DNA of 64,000 bases, taken from assembly GCA_033442325.1 (NCBI GenBank), contig JAWQFM010000003.1, forward strand, positions 705,825 through 769,824, written 5' to 3'. The notes beneath the pieces were generated by a model, which saw nothing but the letters and a program-made list of their open reading frames with translations, was not told the DNA's origin and searched no databases. Position numbers and translations under genes: made by a program. Source of the stretch: Salpingoeca rosetta. Lineage: Eukaryota > Protista > Choanoflagellata. This document shows, piece by piece, positions 40,930-54,295 of the stretch (within the stretch, counting starts at the first letter, position 1; every line of letters begins with the position of its first letter).

Positions 40930-42741
40930 TCAACCAAACCAGCCCAAGCCAAGGGCCTGACGAATCTGCTCATAGATCTGCACAGGCGACAAGCAAATCC
41001 CCACAGAGGCAACAAGATGGGGATGGCGAGTCCGGGCAACGTGGGAGAATGATGAGAAAAGTGCACGTGATACGATGTGATGGGATCGCGCAAGTGTCTG
41101 CGCACATGGGACTGAATACGCGCAGGCAAAGAGCAATGCAAACACATCTGACGCACACGCCGCACACACGCACACACGCACGCACACACATACAGATGCG
41201 CATGTAAACATACACGTACACGCACGCACACGCGCACACACGCACACATACACACATGCACACACACACATGCACACGCACACGCACGCACACGCACACA
41301 CGCATGCACGTACCGGGGTCATGACGACAAAGAGCGAGCAGATGCGCACGGCAGAAGGGGTCCAGCCACGGAAGAGGGCAAGCGGGCCCTCGTGGCGAAC
41401 AAGCTGGACAAGGCAATCGAGCGGGTTCTTGAACAGGTGCGGCTCAGACATGTACCGCGACTTGACCACATCCGCCGGCGCTGCTGCTGTGGCAAAGGTG
41501 AGGCCTGACACGAGCGATGCCGCGGCGTGCAGCATGGGGCCCTCGCTGGCTGCAAAGTGCTTCTTGCCCAGGTACTTTGTGTGGTCGTAGGCTGCCAGCT
41601 GCGCGCCCGTGCCCATGGCGGCGCGAATCACGGTTGCGGACGACCCGGCATACATCTTGAGGAACCCTTCTGCGCGAATGATGTGCGCCATCGCCTGGAA
41701 CCCGTTGTGGTATCTGACGGCATGCCCCTTGGAGAGCCCCGTGACGTAGACGGGGCCCTTGGGCGTGTTCGCCACGCGGCCAGCTTCCCGCTGCATGCGA
41801 ATCTTGACCACGTCTGTTGGGTTTGCAATCAAGGCGCCAAAGCCGCCCGTGACTGCACCGGAGAACATTTTCTTCAGGATGCCGACGTCGCCCACGTTTG
41901 CGTTTTCGGAGTCGAAGATGACGCGCTTGACGATCGGGTAGGCGCCGTACCGGATGCCAGAGTACAGGATGTCTCTGTAGCATGCCGACACAATGCCGGC
42001 AGACAGGAGGGAACTGATGCCTTCCTCCGCGACGATGGTGCGCATGGTTCTGCCAAATGTTGTGTACACGCGTTTGCTGGGATCGGGCACAGACATGGAC
42101 TCTGCTTGCATGCGCACTTTCGCCGTGTCAGTCCAATTGAAGCAAGCCGTCCCAGCAAACGCCGTGCAGTACCCTACATGCACATGCGTGCGTGCGATTG
42201 CGTATGTGTGTGTGCGTATATGCGTATGTGTGCGTATGTGCGTGTGTGTGTGTGTGTGTGCGATTGCATGTGTGTGTGCGTGATAAAGTGTGTGTGTGTG
42301 TGTGTGTATTGGGGTTACGATTGCACGGCTACCAGTGTGCATCTGAGCACCAACTTTCTCGAACTCATCAGCTACATCCCATCCCAGCACACTGCAAGCA
42401 AGCACGGCACTGCCGATCGCATGCGCCGATCGCCATTGCCACAAATGCACAACGCTCGCCTCTACCCCAAACACCCCCTCCCCATCCAGCGCTCACACAC
42501 GCAACACGCACACACACACGCACACACACACACACATGCGCATCCACACACGAAAGTACACGCACGCGCGCGCGCGCACATGCACACATCATCCCCATTG
42601 CGCACCAGAGGAGAAGATCTCGCGGAAGTTTCTGTGGCGAGGAGACGATCCAGGTTCGGGCTTGTCCATGAGCAGTCCAAGGAGTACAGCACTGGACGAC
42701 CCAAACAACAGGGCCAGCGCAACGCCTTCCGTCATCACCAT
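40930..42741 (-). CDS. Mitochondrial carrier (SLC25; UCP/dicarboxylate/oxoglutarate-malate group), ~390 aa with N-terminal extension
   Basis: Exons 42741-42606 and 42461-42333 (both tentative), 42173-41314 and 40977-40930 (1173 nt in frame). Three carrier repeats NWTDTAKVRMQ, NPTDVVKIRMQ and APADVVKSRYM; YSGIRYGAY, QLAAYDHTK and EGPLALFRGW. Confidence 0.85.
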
Positions 42742-43076
42742 GATGGCTAGTGCAGTGCAGTGCAGTGCAGTGTGTGGTGCAGTGTGTTGCGTGTGGTGGT
42801 GTGCAGCGTGTTTGTCCTGCCTTCTTGGTCAACAACCACAAAACCTGATGTTGCGAATATCTTCAACCACTTTTCCTCACTGCGCCTTTCGTGCACGAGA
42901 CACTGCTGATTCTGCTGATTCTGCGATCGACTGCCTTTTTTCCTTTTTCTTCTGCACTGTCCACCACACCAACCAACCACCATCGTCAACCCCTTGCTTG
43001 CTCTCATCATCAGACCTGCCAACACCCGCACCGACACACCAACACACCAACACGAGCACTACCACCACCAAAGCCG

Positions 43077-44899
43077 ATGGTGGAAGAAGATTCTAACCAA
43101 CCAGCTGTGCCGCAGCAGCAACATGCGGCGGAGCGAGACCTGCTGTACAAGGCGTTTGCGGAAGTGAGCGTGGCATACACGGATGTGACGGGCCAGTTTG
43201 GTGTTACACCGGCATGCCCGTCATGCATTGACGTTTCCGCCCTCGTCAACTACGCCATCAACCTCAACCTGGAGAAGCTCGGCGCGGAGTCCGCCGTGGA
43301 CATCAAGCCCGAGGAGGAGGAGGCTCTCCTGCACAAGGTGCAATGGCTCCTGGTCGTCCATTACGTGGAGAACATTGTGGAGCAGTTCCACACCAACGGC
43401 GTGCCTTTCAACCTCATCATCTTTGAGAACAAGGCCGCCGCAGTGCCGAGCGCTCGGGCCGCACTGCACGCCGCAGTGCTCGCGCACCTCCAGCACAACA
43501 CCGAGCTGAACGTGCAGGTGGTGCCCTCCCCGCACAGCGAGGCCTGGGCCCACTTTGTGGAGCTCAAGCTGCCCTCCATGCTCATCACAGAGTACCCAAA
43601 GACCATGGACACAGAGTACCACACGCAGTGCTACGCCAACCTGTGGTGCCTCACCCACGACGCCGTCCCTGTCGTGCTCTTTGACCACATGGAGAACCAC
43701 AACCCGCGCTTCACGGGCTACCACCTCGACCCGCGCGCCCTCGACACCGTGGACGAGCATCTCACGGAGGCCGTGCGCGTTCTCATCAAAGAGAGTGTCC
43801 CGGCGGCCAACATCGTCATGCAGGACGTCGCGGAGCTGCACCGCCTCGTCCCCGACGGCGTCAACGCCGCCAAGACCATCGCGCTTGCCGGCGCGCTTGC
43901 GGAGGCCGACCTGAAGTCGCCCGAGGAGCGGACCATCGGCGCCCTCTTCTTCCTGCAAGGCCTCTTCACAGACGCCCTCAAGCTCGAGGACATGTGCTTC
44001 CGCGGCGTCGTCCTGCCCACAGACGCCTCTAAGACCACCCAGGCATGCCCTGCGATCGTCACGCGCCTCATTGAGCAGATGCGCCTCTTCCCGCAGCACC
44101 AGGACGGCCTCGCCCCCACCCACTACGATGGCAAGGTCCTCCACACCATGCTGGCATACGCCCACTTGCCCGGCAGCCAGCCGGCCACCATTGGCAGCAT
44201 CGCAGCAACGTTCACCGTTGCTGACGAGCTCAAGGCCTGCGCAGGCCTCATCAAGCAGCTGAACCTGGAGTGGCTGCTGCCCGACACTGCGCTCGCCGTG
44301 GAAGGGTGCGATGCCGCTGTTGCCGCCTGGCGCGACACCCAGTCCGCGGTGCAGGCTGAGGCCGGCACCCATGGCGGCGATGCCGCCTTGGAGCTCCATC
44401 CCGTGCGCCAGAACGCGCTGCTTGCAGACATTCTCCTCGATGATGACCACACGGAGGACCTGCACACCCAGGACAGTCTTGCCATTGAAAAGCTTCGCGG
44501 CAACGGCGCCACGGAGTGGTGCGTGTCCTTTGTTGTTTGCATGCATGCAATCTTGTCGTTCTCGTTGTCATTGTCGTTGTTGTCGTTGTTGTCCTTGTTC
44601 TTGTTCTTGTTCTTATTGTTGTTCTCGCTCCTGTTCTTGTTCTTGTTCTTGTTCTTATTGTTGTTCTCGTTCTCCGCTGCCCCTCCCCGTCACCACCACC
44701 ACCACTGACGCACAAACCACACCTTCGCTTGCGCCTTGCGCACGTGTGTGTGTGTGACTGTTTCCAACAGGGACGACGCGACCTTCCAGCGCGACCGGCC
44801 CATGTATGTGCGCTTTTCCAACGACGACGAGGAAGAGCTGACGGAGGAAGAGATTGAGAAACTCAACCGCCACCAGCAGAACGAGGCCTTCCGTAACGC

Positions 44900-44953
<54 letters not shown>

Positions 44954-47900
44954 GGTTGCGTGAATGCTTGAATGTGTGTGTGTGTGCGGATTGTATTTCT
45001 CTGCATCTGATGTAAATGATGCTGTGCGCCTTCTTACAAATCCACATGATGTGCGCTTCCATCACCACCACCCATCACACCCCTCCTTCGCCGCAGGTGG
45101 AAGCGTACATCAGGCTTGCGCGCAACCGCCGCCTCATCCACGAGCGGGATGCCCGCCCGCTGCTGGAGGAGGCCGTGCGTAAGGCCCCCGGTGCCTGGCA
45201 GAGGCGGTTGCGGAGCTGCCTCGACAGAAACCACTGGGCTGCCGCGCTGCCAGTGTGTTTGAAGGCACGAAAGGCATTCGATGCTGCACGCGCACGCCAG
45301 CGCCTCGCCGCCTTCAACACGAAATTCGCCCAAACCCTGCTCGGTACACCCACACCGCGCCACACTGCTGGCTGCAAATGATGCCCGCGTGTCTTGCCTG
45401 TGTGTTGCTGAGGATTCGTTTGTTTGTCTGCATGTCTGTGCGTGCATGCGTGTGATGCCAAAGCTAGCTATTGGTCTTTTCTGATTGTTCGTGAGCTTTT
45501 ACTTCTTCTTGTCCCTCCTTTTGCTCTCTCACTCTCACACTTACACCATCTCTCACACCCACTCTCACACTCTCTCACACACTCACACACAAACTCACAA
45601 AACGTCACACTCACAAACTCACATCACGTCTGCTTCGTTTTTCCACCCTTGCTGACACGCAGGACAACTCCAGCGCATGAATCTCGATGCTGCTCCCCAG
45701 GAGAAGCAGAAGGCGCCCAAGACAGCTCACTGCGTCCGCGTGTTTGCACGCGAGATTGTTGGGGGCCAGAAGCGGCTGGACGCGGTGAAGGCGACGCTGG
45801 CTGAACTGCGAGACATGGCCAAGAAGGCCCGCACTGCCCGCACAGAGAAGTCCATTGGCGACTGGTTCTTCAAGGAGAAGCGCCTCTTTGAGTATGATGT
45901 ACGTCATTGCTGTTTGTGTATGTGCCCATTGTGCGAAATCGCACCACATGAATACACGCCTGTACAATTTCAACACCTTTGCTCTCTCTACCGTAGTCCC
46001 CGCTCCTATTTTACCCCCGCACACGCGTTCACTCGCCCACTCACACGCGCCCACTCACACTCGCTCGCTCACTCACTCACTCACCCACTCCCTCACTCAC
46101 TTGCTCGCTCGCAATTTGGCAATGGCCCAGGGCAAGCCCGTGGAGGAGACGCTGATGTACGAGGAGGACGTGCTGGGCATTTCAAAGCCGGCGCCCAACG
46201 CCAAGCAGGCCATTGCCGACTTCAAGAAGCTGCGGTACCGCGAGCAGCTGCGGGAATACCGGGCAGAGGCCGCCGTCATTGCCATGGAGATGCACCTGCT
46301 GCGGCTCGACTGCCACCTTGAAGAGGAGGAGAGCCGTGCTGAAGCAGGCACAGCCAATGAAGAGGACACCATGAACCATCACGACTATGACCCGTGCGTC
46401 CTGTCCAAGACGGACCACCTCACGGTCGCTGTCACCAACGCCCTGCTGGACCTGATTGAGGAGATGTGTGACACGTCCTCAAAGCTGCATGAGCACGTGC
46501 TCAAGCTGCACCCGCGTGTGCTCAGCGCCATGCTGCAGCTGCACTTTGAGGAGGATGCAAAGAAGGTCCTCAAGCTCCTCCAGGCAAAGGTCGGTGCCCC
46601 AACTTCTGTTTCCCTTGCTGTGCCGTAGCTGGCCCGTGGATGTTGGCGTGAGTGTGGGTGGGTGTTGGTGTTGGTGTCAGGATGTGTGATCTGTGTGAGT
46701 GGGTGTTGGTGTTGGAGGGTAAAGCACTGTTGAAGGCGTGTGTCAAGCACCTCTTACGTGTTTGGGCGCGCACGCTCACCCTTCAACCGCTGCTTGTGTA
46801 CAGTTTGATGTGACCACGACCCTTGAGGGCCTGGAATCCTCGCGCGACCTCGGCATTCCGTCCACAACACTCATTGACTTCCAGCTTCGGGCCATGGGCC
46901 CTTACTTTCAGCGGCCCAAGGGCAACCCAGACGAGAGGTACGCCTGGCTTGCTTGCTTGCTTGGTCAGTGTGCGCTTGAACTGTGACAACACGTGGGCCT
47001 GGAGGTCAAAGGGTTGTGACTGCGACGCTCCTTGTCCACACACACACACACGCGCGCGCACACAGAGAGAGAGAGAGAGAGAGCACACACAGCACACACG
47101 CACACACACACACACACATCACACATCACACACATCACACACACACACATCACACATCACACACACACACACACCCGCTTTGAATCTCGTTTGGCCCGCC
47201 TCCACCCTCCCTCCCCCTCTCGCCTCTCTCCCATCTCACACACTGCCCTCTTCCTGTGCGCGTGTGTTTATTCTTGCGTGTAGGTCTCCCTTCTTTGATC
47301 CTGATGACTGGCAGGTTGAGCTGCTGGATGCAGTTGATGCGCGTCGCAGTGCCCTCATCTCTGCCCCCACCTCCAGCGGCAAGACATTCATCTCCTTCTA
47401 CGCCATGGAGAAGGTGCTCCGTGCCCGCGCTGACCTTGACGATCCAAAGACCAAGGCCGACGCAGACAAGCAGGTCATTGTCTACGTCTCGCCAACCAAG
47501 GCTCTCGTCAACCAGACTGTCGCAGAGGTGCGAGCGCATGTGCATTGACGCGTATGGCTACTCGGGTAAAACGTTTTGTGGATGCTTCCTCTAAGTTGTT
47601 CTCTCCCTTTGTGCACTGTCCGGGATAACGTCGCTCACCGCTCATGCTACCGTAACACGCAACTCGCACACACACATACACCTTCAGATTGAGGGGCGCT
47701 ACAGCAAGAAGATGCCGCGTGGCCAAGTACTAGCGACTGCCTTCACCAAGGAATTTGGCATGGAAGAGTACAAGAGCTGCCAAGTACGTAACCTCAGTTG
47801 TTTGTTTGAGACGTTGACTTGCACACGCGCACACTCACGCGTACGCATGCACAAACAACTTGCTCTCTTCTCCTTGCATAAGTGTCCTGTGAACCTTGCT

Positions 47901-50900
47901 TTGTCTTGAGGGCAGGCGACTACATATGTGCAAGCACGTCATGCCTCAAAACGACTCGCAAACTCTCACAAAGTCTTACACGTACTCATCCACATGCCCT
48001 CACCTTGCACCTCTGCCTGCTATATTTTTTATCCTGTTGTGTCGTGGTACAGGTCCTTGTGACAGTGCCGGAGTGCCTCGAGCACCTGCTGCTGATGGCC
48101 GGTGATGAAGGCTGGAAGCATCGCATCAAGTGGGTCATCCTCGATGAGGTACACAGCGTGTCCCTGAACGAGGGCTTCTTCTGGGAGCGCCTGCTCACCC
48201 TGATTGACTGCCCGTTCCTCGCCCTCTCCGCCACAATTGGCAACACGGAGAGCTTCATTTCGTGGCTGGAGGCCCTGGAGCGCGAGCGCCTTGCCCGTCG
48301 TGGCGGCGACGTCACCCAGCCGCTGGTGAAGATCCGCCACCACCTCCGCTGGAATGACCTGGACACGTGGTGCTACGACCTCGACAACAGCCGCATGGTC
48401 ACCGTGAACCCGCTGGGCGTGCTGTCCCCGGCCAAGCTTGTCCTTGACGGCTTTCCCTCGGGCTGCCGCCTGCTGCCGGAGCACGCGTACGAGCTGTGGT
48501 CCATTGCCAGCGATATTATGAAGCAGCGCGAGTCCCTGCCTGCTGCCACGCGTGCTCTGCTGCAGCCGCTTGATCCCAGCGCGTGGTTTGTCAAGCACCA
48601 GCCGCTTGCTGGCGATGCCGAGCACGGCCTGTGCGGGCGCGTGCGTGTTAAGTCGTATGCGGAGTACGAGGAACAGCTCAAGGCGAAGCTGACCGACCTT
48701 GCGCGCGAGGATCGGGAGCTGCTGGAGGAGCTTGCTGCCGAGGTTGGCGACCGCATTGAGCGCCCCTCCCGCAACATGCTTGCCGACCGCGACCTGCAGG
48801 ACGGCGCGCACCTGCTGTCGTTCCTGCGCCACATGTGCAACGGGCCGGCGAACCGGCTGCCTGCGCTGCTGTTCCACCTGGACATGGCCGGCATTGACCG
48901 CATCCTCGAGTCGCTGCACTTCGCCCTCTGCCGCGAGCAGGACGAGCACTACTACCTGCACGACGTCGTTGGGGTGCGTTTGCGAGGCCGTTACGAGATG
49001 CACGGTGGTGGTGGTGGCGGTGGTGATATGTGTGATATGTTTAACTGTGTCTGTATACCTGACTGTCTGTCTGTTTTCCGTCTGTCTGTCTCTCTGTTTT
49101 GGCGGCACACAGTCACACTCATGCATGCGCGCACGCGCACACACACACACACACACGCACACGTACGCACGCACACATACACACGCACGTTTTCACTGGC
49201 GCTCACTTGATATTGCTCATTTCGGGTTTTGTGTTTCACATCACCATTCTTCACATTGCAGGGCAGCCACTCCCGCCTGAACGAAGCGCACGCCAAGCAC
49301 CTACAGGAAGCGCGCGAGGCGGTGGACAGGTACATGCATGAGCTGAAGGAGGCCGTGCAGCACATCACGGACGAGAAGAAGAGGGAGGAGGAGCTGCAGG
49401 CGCGCATTGATAAGGAGACTGACCGGCAGTTGGAGCGCCTGTGGGGAGAGACGTACGAGGAAATGAACCGCAAGTGGCTGGAGCGAACCAAGGCTGCGGC
49501 TGAGGCCAAGGCGCGCGCCTACATCAACCAGCTGATTGCAGATGGGCAGCTGCCCAGGAACGAGGCCGCCATGCGCCAGCAGCTGGAGGACGACCACGTG
49601 AGTGCAGAGGTTGATCGCCTGTCTGCCGAGCGCATGCGCCCCTTCTGCCTGTCAGAGCTGCCCGTGTCACTAGAGGACCTCGCGGACGCCTTCCCCAAGA
49701 GCAACAAGCAGAAGATGCAACGCAAGCTGGAGTCGTCTCTGTTCCACCAGGCGCTTCGCCGCGGCATTGGCATCCACTACCCGGAGCTGACCAAGGACCG
49801 CCGCCAGGCCGTCGAGCGCCTCTTCCGCGACCGCAAGCTCGCCGTCGTCATCTCAACAGACACCCTTGGTGTGTGTCTGTGTGTCTGTGTGTCTGTGTGT
49901 GCGCGCGTGTGCGTGTGTGTGTGTGTGGTGGTGGTGGTGGTGGTGGTGGTGGTGGTGGATTTCATGTTTGAGAGCTGCATTGTTCCGGTGCGTGCTTGCA
50001 TCCTTGAGAGAGAATGTGTGGGTGGGCCCCTTTTTGTTTGTGCCCTGTATGTGTTGCGGACGCCATCACAACAGTGGCAAGCTGTGATCTCACCCCCACC
50101 CACTTGCTATCTATCTTCATCGCCTTGACAACAGCTCTTGGCATCAGCATGCCGTGCCGCTCTGTTGTGTTCTTGGGTGACAACCCTGCTCTGGATTCCC
50201 TCAACTACCACCAGATGTCTGGTCGCGCTGGCCGTCGTGGACATGACATCCGTGGGCATGTTGTGTTCTATGGTATTTCCAAGCACAAGATCCGCCGCCT
50301 CCTCTCATCCCCTCTCCGCCAGATGTTCCCCAACATCCCGCTCGACTCTTCCACGTGCGTGCCTCCACCTAGCTGTGCTTGCACCTGTGCGTGTGTGTGT
50401 GTGTGTCAGTGTGCATGTGCGTCCGTGTATGTGTGTGTGTGTGTCTGTACGTCTGTACGTCTGTGTGTGTGTCTGTCTGTCTGTCTGGCGACTGGCTGTC
50501 TGTCTACTGTAGCTTGGTTTGTCGTGCCACCCGTTTGACATCGAACTAGCCCTCATTTGCAAATCCCCGCATCACGTACGCAGTGCGGTGCGAGCCATGG
50601 CGCGCTTCCAGGAAGCCAAGGGCACGCTGAAGGAGAAGGAAGGGCTGAGCCTGCGCCGCCTGCTGCTGGAGCCGTACGCAACGCAGGACGCCGAGCGCCA
50701 GGCCATGCTGCCCGTGTACATGCGCGCACAGCTTGAGACGCTGCTGCGCCTGAACCTGTTGACGTTTGACACCAACCCGAAGCTGCTTGCTTACCGGGAG
50801 GCTAAGGCGGAAGAGCGGCGGCGGCTTCGAGAAGAGGGCGAGGCCGAGGAGGCGGCACTGCTCGCTGCTGAACGAGCGAAGGAAGAGGAGGAGAAAGCAA

Positions 50901-52418
50901 AGGAGGAAGAGGCACAGGAGGGAGAGGAGGTGCCTGACGACTGGGAAGCCCTGCTTGGTGGCGATGAGGACGATGAAGATGACAAAGACGACGACGACAC
51001 TGCGGAGTCGTGGGAGGCACTCGCGAACGAAGCGGAGGAAGGCGGTGAGTCCGCGGCCGAGCCAGATGCGGATGACGCACAGAGGGTCGATGCCGACGAG
51101 GAGGAGGAGGAGCTGGAGCTGGAGGAAGCGGCCGACCCCGACGCTCCCCTTGCTTTTGCTGGCCCTGTTGTTGGCCGCATCGGCAGCATGGTGAGCTACC
51201 TGGCCTGCCACGACCCCAACAACGTGTGGATGGCGTACCTCGTGCGCACGGGGGCCCTCAGCCAGTTTCTGTCTCCAACAACGGAGGCGGAGCGCCTGAC
51301 CCACGACGAGCGCAGCGATCGGCTGGAGCTCTTCCGAGCGATTTTGCTGAGCATGCCGCAGCCTCGCGTGCACCCGACAGAGGTGCACCACACGAAGCGC
51401 ATGTTCCCGGATGCGCAGGACGTGTACCTGGTGCAGCCTGCGCTGTCCGACGCCCTGCACCAAGCCGCAGTCAACTTCCGCGCCCAGGTCTTGGACACGT
51501 TTGCCAGCATCCTGCGCCTGCACGGCCTGCGTAAGGCTCCTGCTGGCGCTGGCGTTGGGCTGCCGCTCTCCAAGGACAAGGGCCAGGTAGGCGGCAGCAA
51601 AGGCCTGCCGAGCGATCTGCAGGAGCTGAAGGTCTGCGACCCTCTCCGCCTGCCCACTGCTGCTGTGTCTGGTCGCGGCTTCGGCTACGACAGCGTGCGG
51701 GAGCTGCTGCTTGAGATCCAGCGCCTTCCGGGCCTCTCGGCCGACATTGTGCCCATTCCCGCGTGTGTGGACGAGCGCCAACCGCATCTCCTTGGCATCA
51801 TGTACGACATCTACCGCCGCGGCGACCTCAAGACGCTGCTGCCACAGGCCAAGCTGCACGCCAACACTTTCTACTCATCTGCTGCTCTTTTCCACCACAA
51901 CGCAAAGGTGCGCTTGCGTGCCTGTGTTGGGTGTGGGTGTGTGTGTCAGTGTCAGTGTAAACACCTGTCTGACGTCTGCTGGCTGTGTGCCTCGCTGTCT
52001 GTCTGTCTGTCTAACCGTCTGCCTGCCTGCCTGTTTGCTTGCTTTGTGGTACGATGCACTTTGTGCCAAACGCGTGTATGTGGCTTGCCGTATTCATGTG
52101 TTGTATTGGTTTGTTGTGGTTTTGTTTCGGTGTTGTGCTTCCATGTGTGTGTGTGTGTGTTGAGCTCACTGCTACCATCAAATGTGCTGTTGCGGTCAAC
52201 AGGTGCTTGTGGAGGCGCTTCGTCGTCGTGCTACGCCAACCACTGCGGCGACGACCGATGCTGCTGCAGAGGAGGAACCTGGCGAGGCCACAGAGGACGC
52301 CAGCCGCGCCGCCACCGCCGAGCCGGCGACGGAGGGTGCCCGCCTTGTGGGCGACCTCAGCACCGTCGTCAACGACTTTTACGGTGCCCTCGAGCGCGTT
52401 GGCCTCATCTGGATCTAA
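43077..52418 (+). CDS. DDX60: DDX60-like Ski2-family DExH RNA helicase (~2091 aa, 13 exons)
   Basis: Exons 43077-44518, 44771-44900, 45097-45343, 45663-45898, 46131-46589, 46804-46937, 47284-47527, 47688-47783, 48053-48973, 49262-49868, 50135-50354, 50584-51907 and 52203-52418 (6276 nt). DDX60-typical FQLRAMG...[12 protein letters not shown]; motifs [47 protein letters not shown] and [10 protein letters not shown]. Confidence 0.85.
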
Positions 52419-52954
52419 TCCAACTCCCGCCGCTGACTCTGTGTGTGTGTGTGTGTAGTATGCTTTGTGTGTGTCGTGTGTGTGTGTGTGTGTGTGTGTG
52501 TTGCTTGTCTCTTCTGCTTTGTCTCCTTCTTCTCCGTCCTGTTCGTTTCATTCACCTCCTTCTTCTTGTTCGTCTTTGTGGCTTGTTCGATTGTGAGGAC
52601 GTGTCAGTTGCAGTGATCGTTGTGTGTGGCATGATGATATGACAGCAGCAGCATGCCTCGAGCAAAGAAGCTGCCTGCTGGCTGGTGGTGTTTGTGTTTG
52701 TTTGATCTGCCAATACAGTGACATTTCGTGGAAGACATTGGTGAAATTTCGGGTTGTTTGGCGCACAACAAAGCCACCCTCAACAACAACAACCAACTTG
52801 CATTCCTACCAACCCTTCCTACCTGTTGTCTTCATCGTGCCTTCCCTCCTTCTGTCTGTCGTCAAAGGCGCAGCAACGCATCTCGCGTCCCATACCCCCA
52901 CCAATCTCACCCACAAGCAAACGTGCAAGCAAGCAAAAGGGAGAAGCCGCCACC

Positions 52955-53269
52955 ATGTTAAAGTCAACTGGGAAAGAGGGGCGGCCCAACTTTCAGCTGG
53001 ACTGTGACAAGTTTGCTGCTGAGCAGCTGCGGCAGAAACATGTTTCCAACGTGTACCGCTTGACGCGCGAGGAGCGCCTTCGCATCATGGACCCAGAGTG
53101 CGTCTTGCTGGTGGTGGTTGTTGTTGTTGTTGTGTTGCTGATGGTGGTGGTGGTGAAGCTGTGCATTTGTAGTTGCTGTCGCTGTGTTTGTTGTGCGTGT
53201 CTGTGTCTGTGCGCAGGCCTGTGTGTGTGTCTGTGTCTGTGCGCAGGCCTGTGTGTGTGTGTGTGTGTA

Positions 53270-53347
<78 letters not shown>

Positions 53348-53605
53348 GTTGGACGTTTTCATGTGTACATGTCATGTGGTTGGGGGGGGGTGTCCTTCCT
53401 GCATCCCTTTGCAGTTGTTTGTCCGGCTTCAATCTCACGCCAGTTGCCTTTTGCTCGACAGATGAGCCAAAGAAAGTGATTACATACAAGCTTCCAGATT
53501 ACTCCAAGGTTTCGAGCAAGATTGGCCAGTCCGCCACCTCCCCATACAAACGACGTGCGTGACTTCAAACACACGTGTGTGTGTTTGTGTTTGTGCGTGT
53601 GTGTG

Positions 53606-53636
<31 letters not shown>

Positions 53637-54264
53637 TTGTGCGTGTGTGTGCGCGCGCGGTTGTGCGCGTGTACGCTTGTGTTGAACGCTTGTGCGTGTG
53701 TGTGTACACTTGTGTGCTGCTCGTGCCCGTCTTGTCCTTGCGTGCATCTGCGTTTCGTTCTGTGATTCCGATTGCCTGCTTCCTGGCTTGTGACAGATGG
53801 CGGTAATGTGCGCGTCAAGTTTGGCGTGGCCAAGAAACGCAACCTGCCGCCACTGACGCCGGCAGCGCCGGACCGCGAGGCCACATATCTGCGGCGCAAG
53901 GAGCTGCTTCGCGAGTACACACGCAAGCTGGACCCATCAGGCACGTCGCCAGAGAAGCGGCGGAGCCCTGGCCGCGGGCCGCAGCCCGACGGTGGCGCAA
54001 GCCCAACACATCACAGCAACAAGCAACGACGCGAACAACACGGCAGCGACAGCGGCAGCACCACTGGCCCCAACACTACCACCCACGCCGCCACCAGCAG
54101 CAACAGAAGTGGTGAGAATGACGAGTACAGCCGACACAACGACGTTCGTCGTGCGACTGATCAGACCCCGGCATCACCTGAGTCCCCAACCACCATCAAC
54201 GATCACAAAGATGCTGATGTACATGCATCATCGTACGCGAACGTCGCCGCCCACGGCAATTCAA

Positions 54265-54295
<31 letters not shown>

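Noticed and set aside
53459-53465. Acceptor cag at 53459-53461 for exon 2 of the Tau-like gene
   Set aside because: Joining it to the phase-2 donor at 53097 gives an immediate TGA. The upstream acceptor at 53412-53414 has a good pyrimidine tract and keeps the frame. This still needs RNA-seq.
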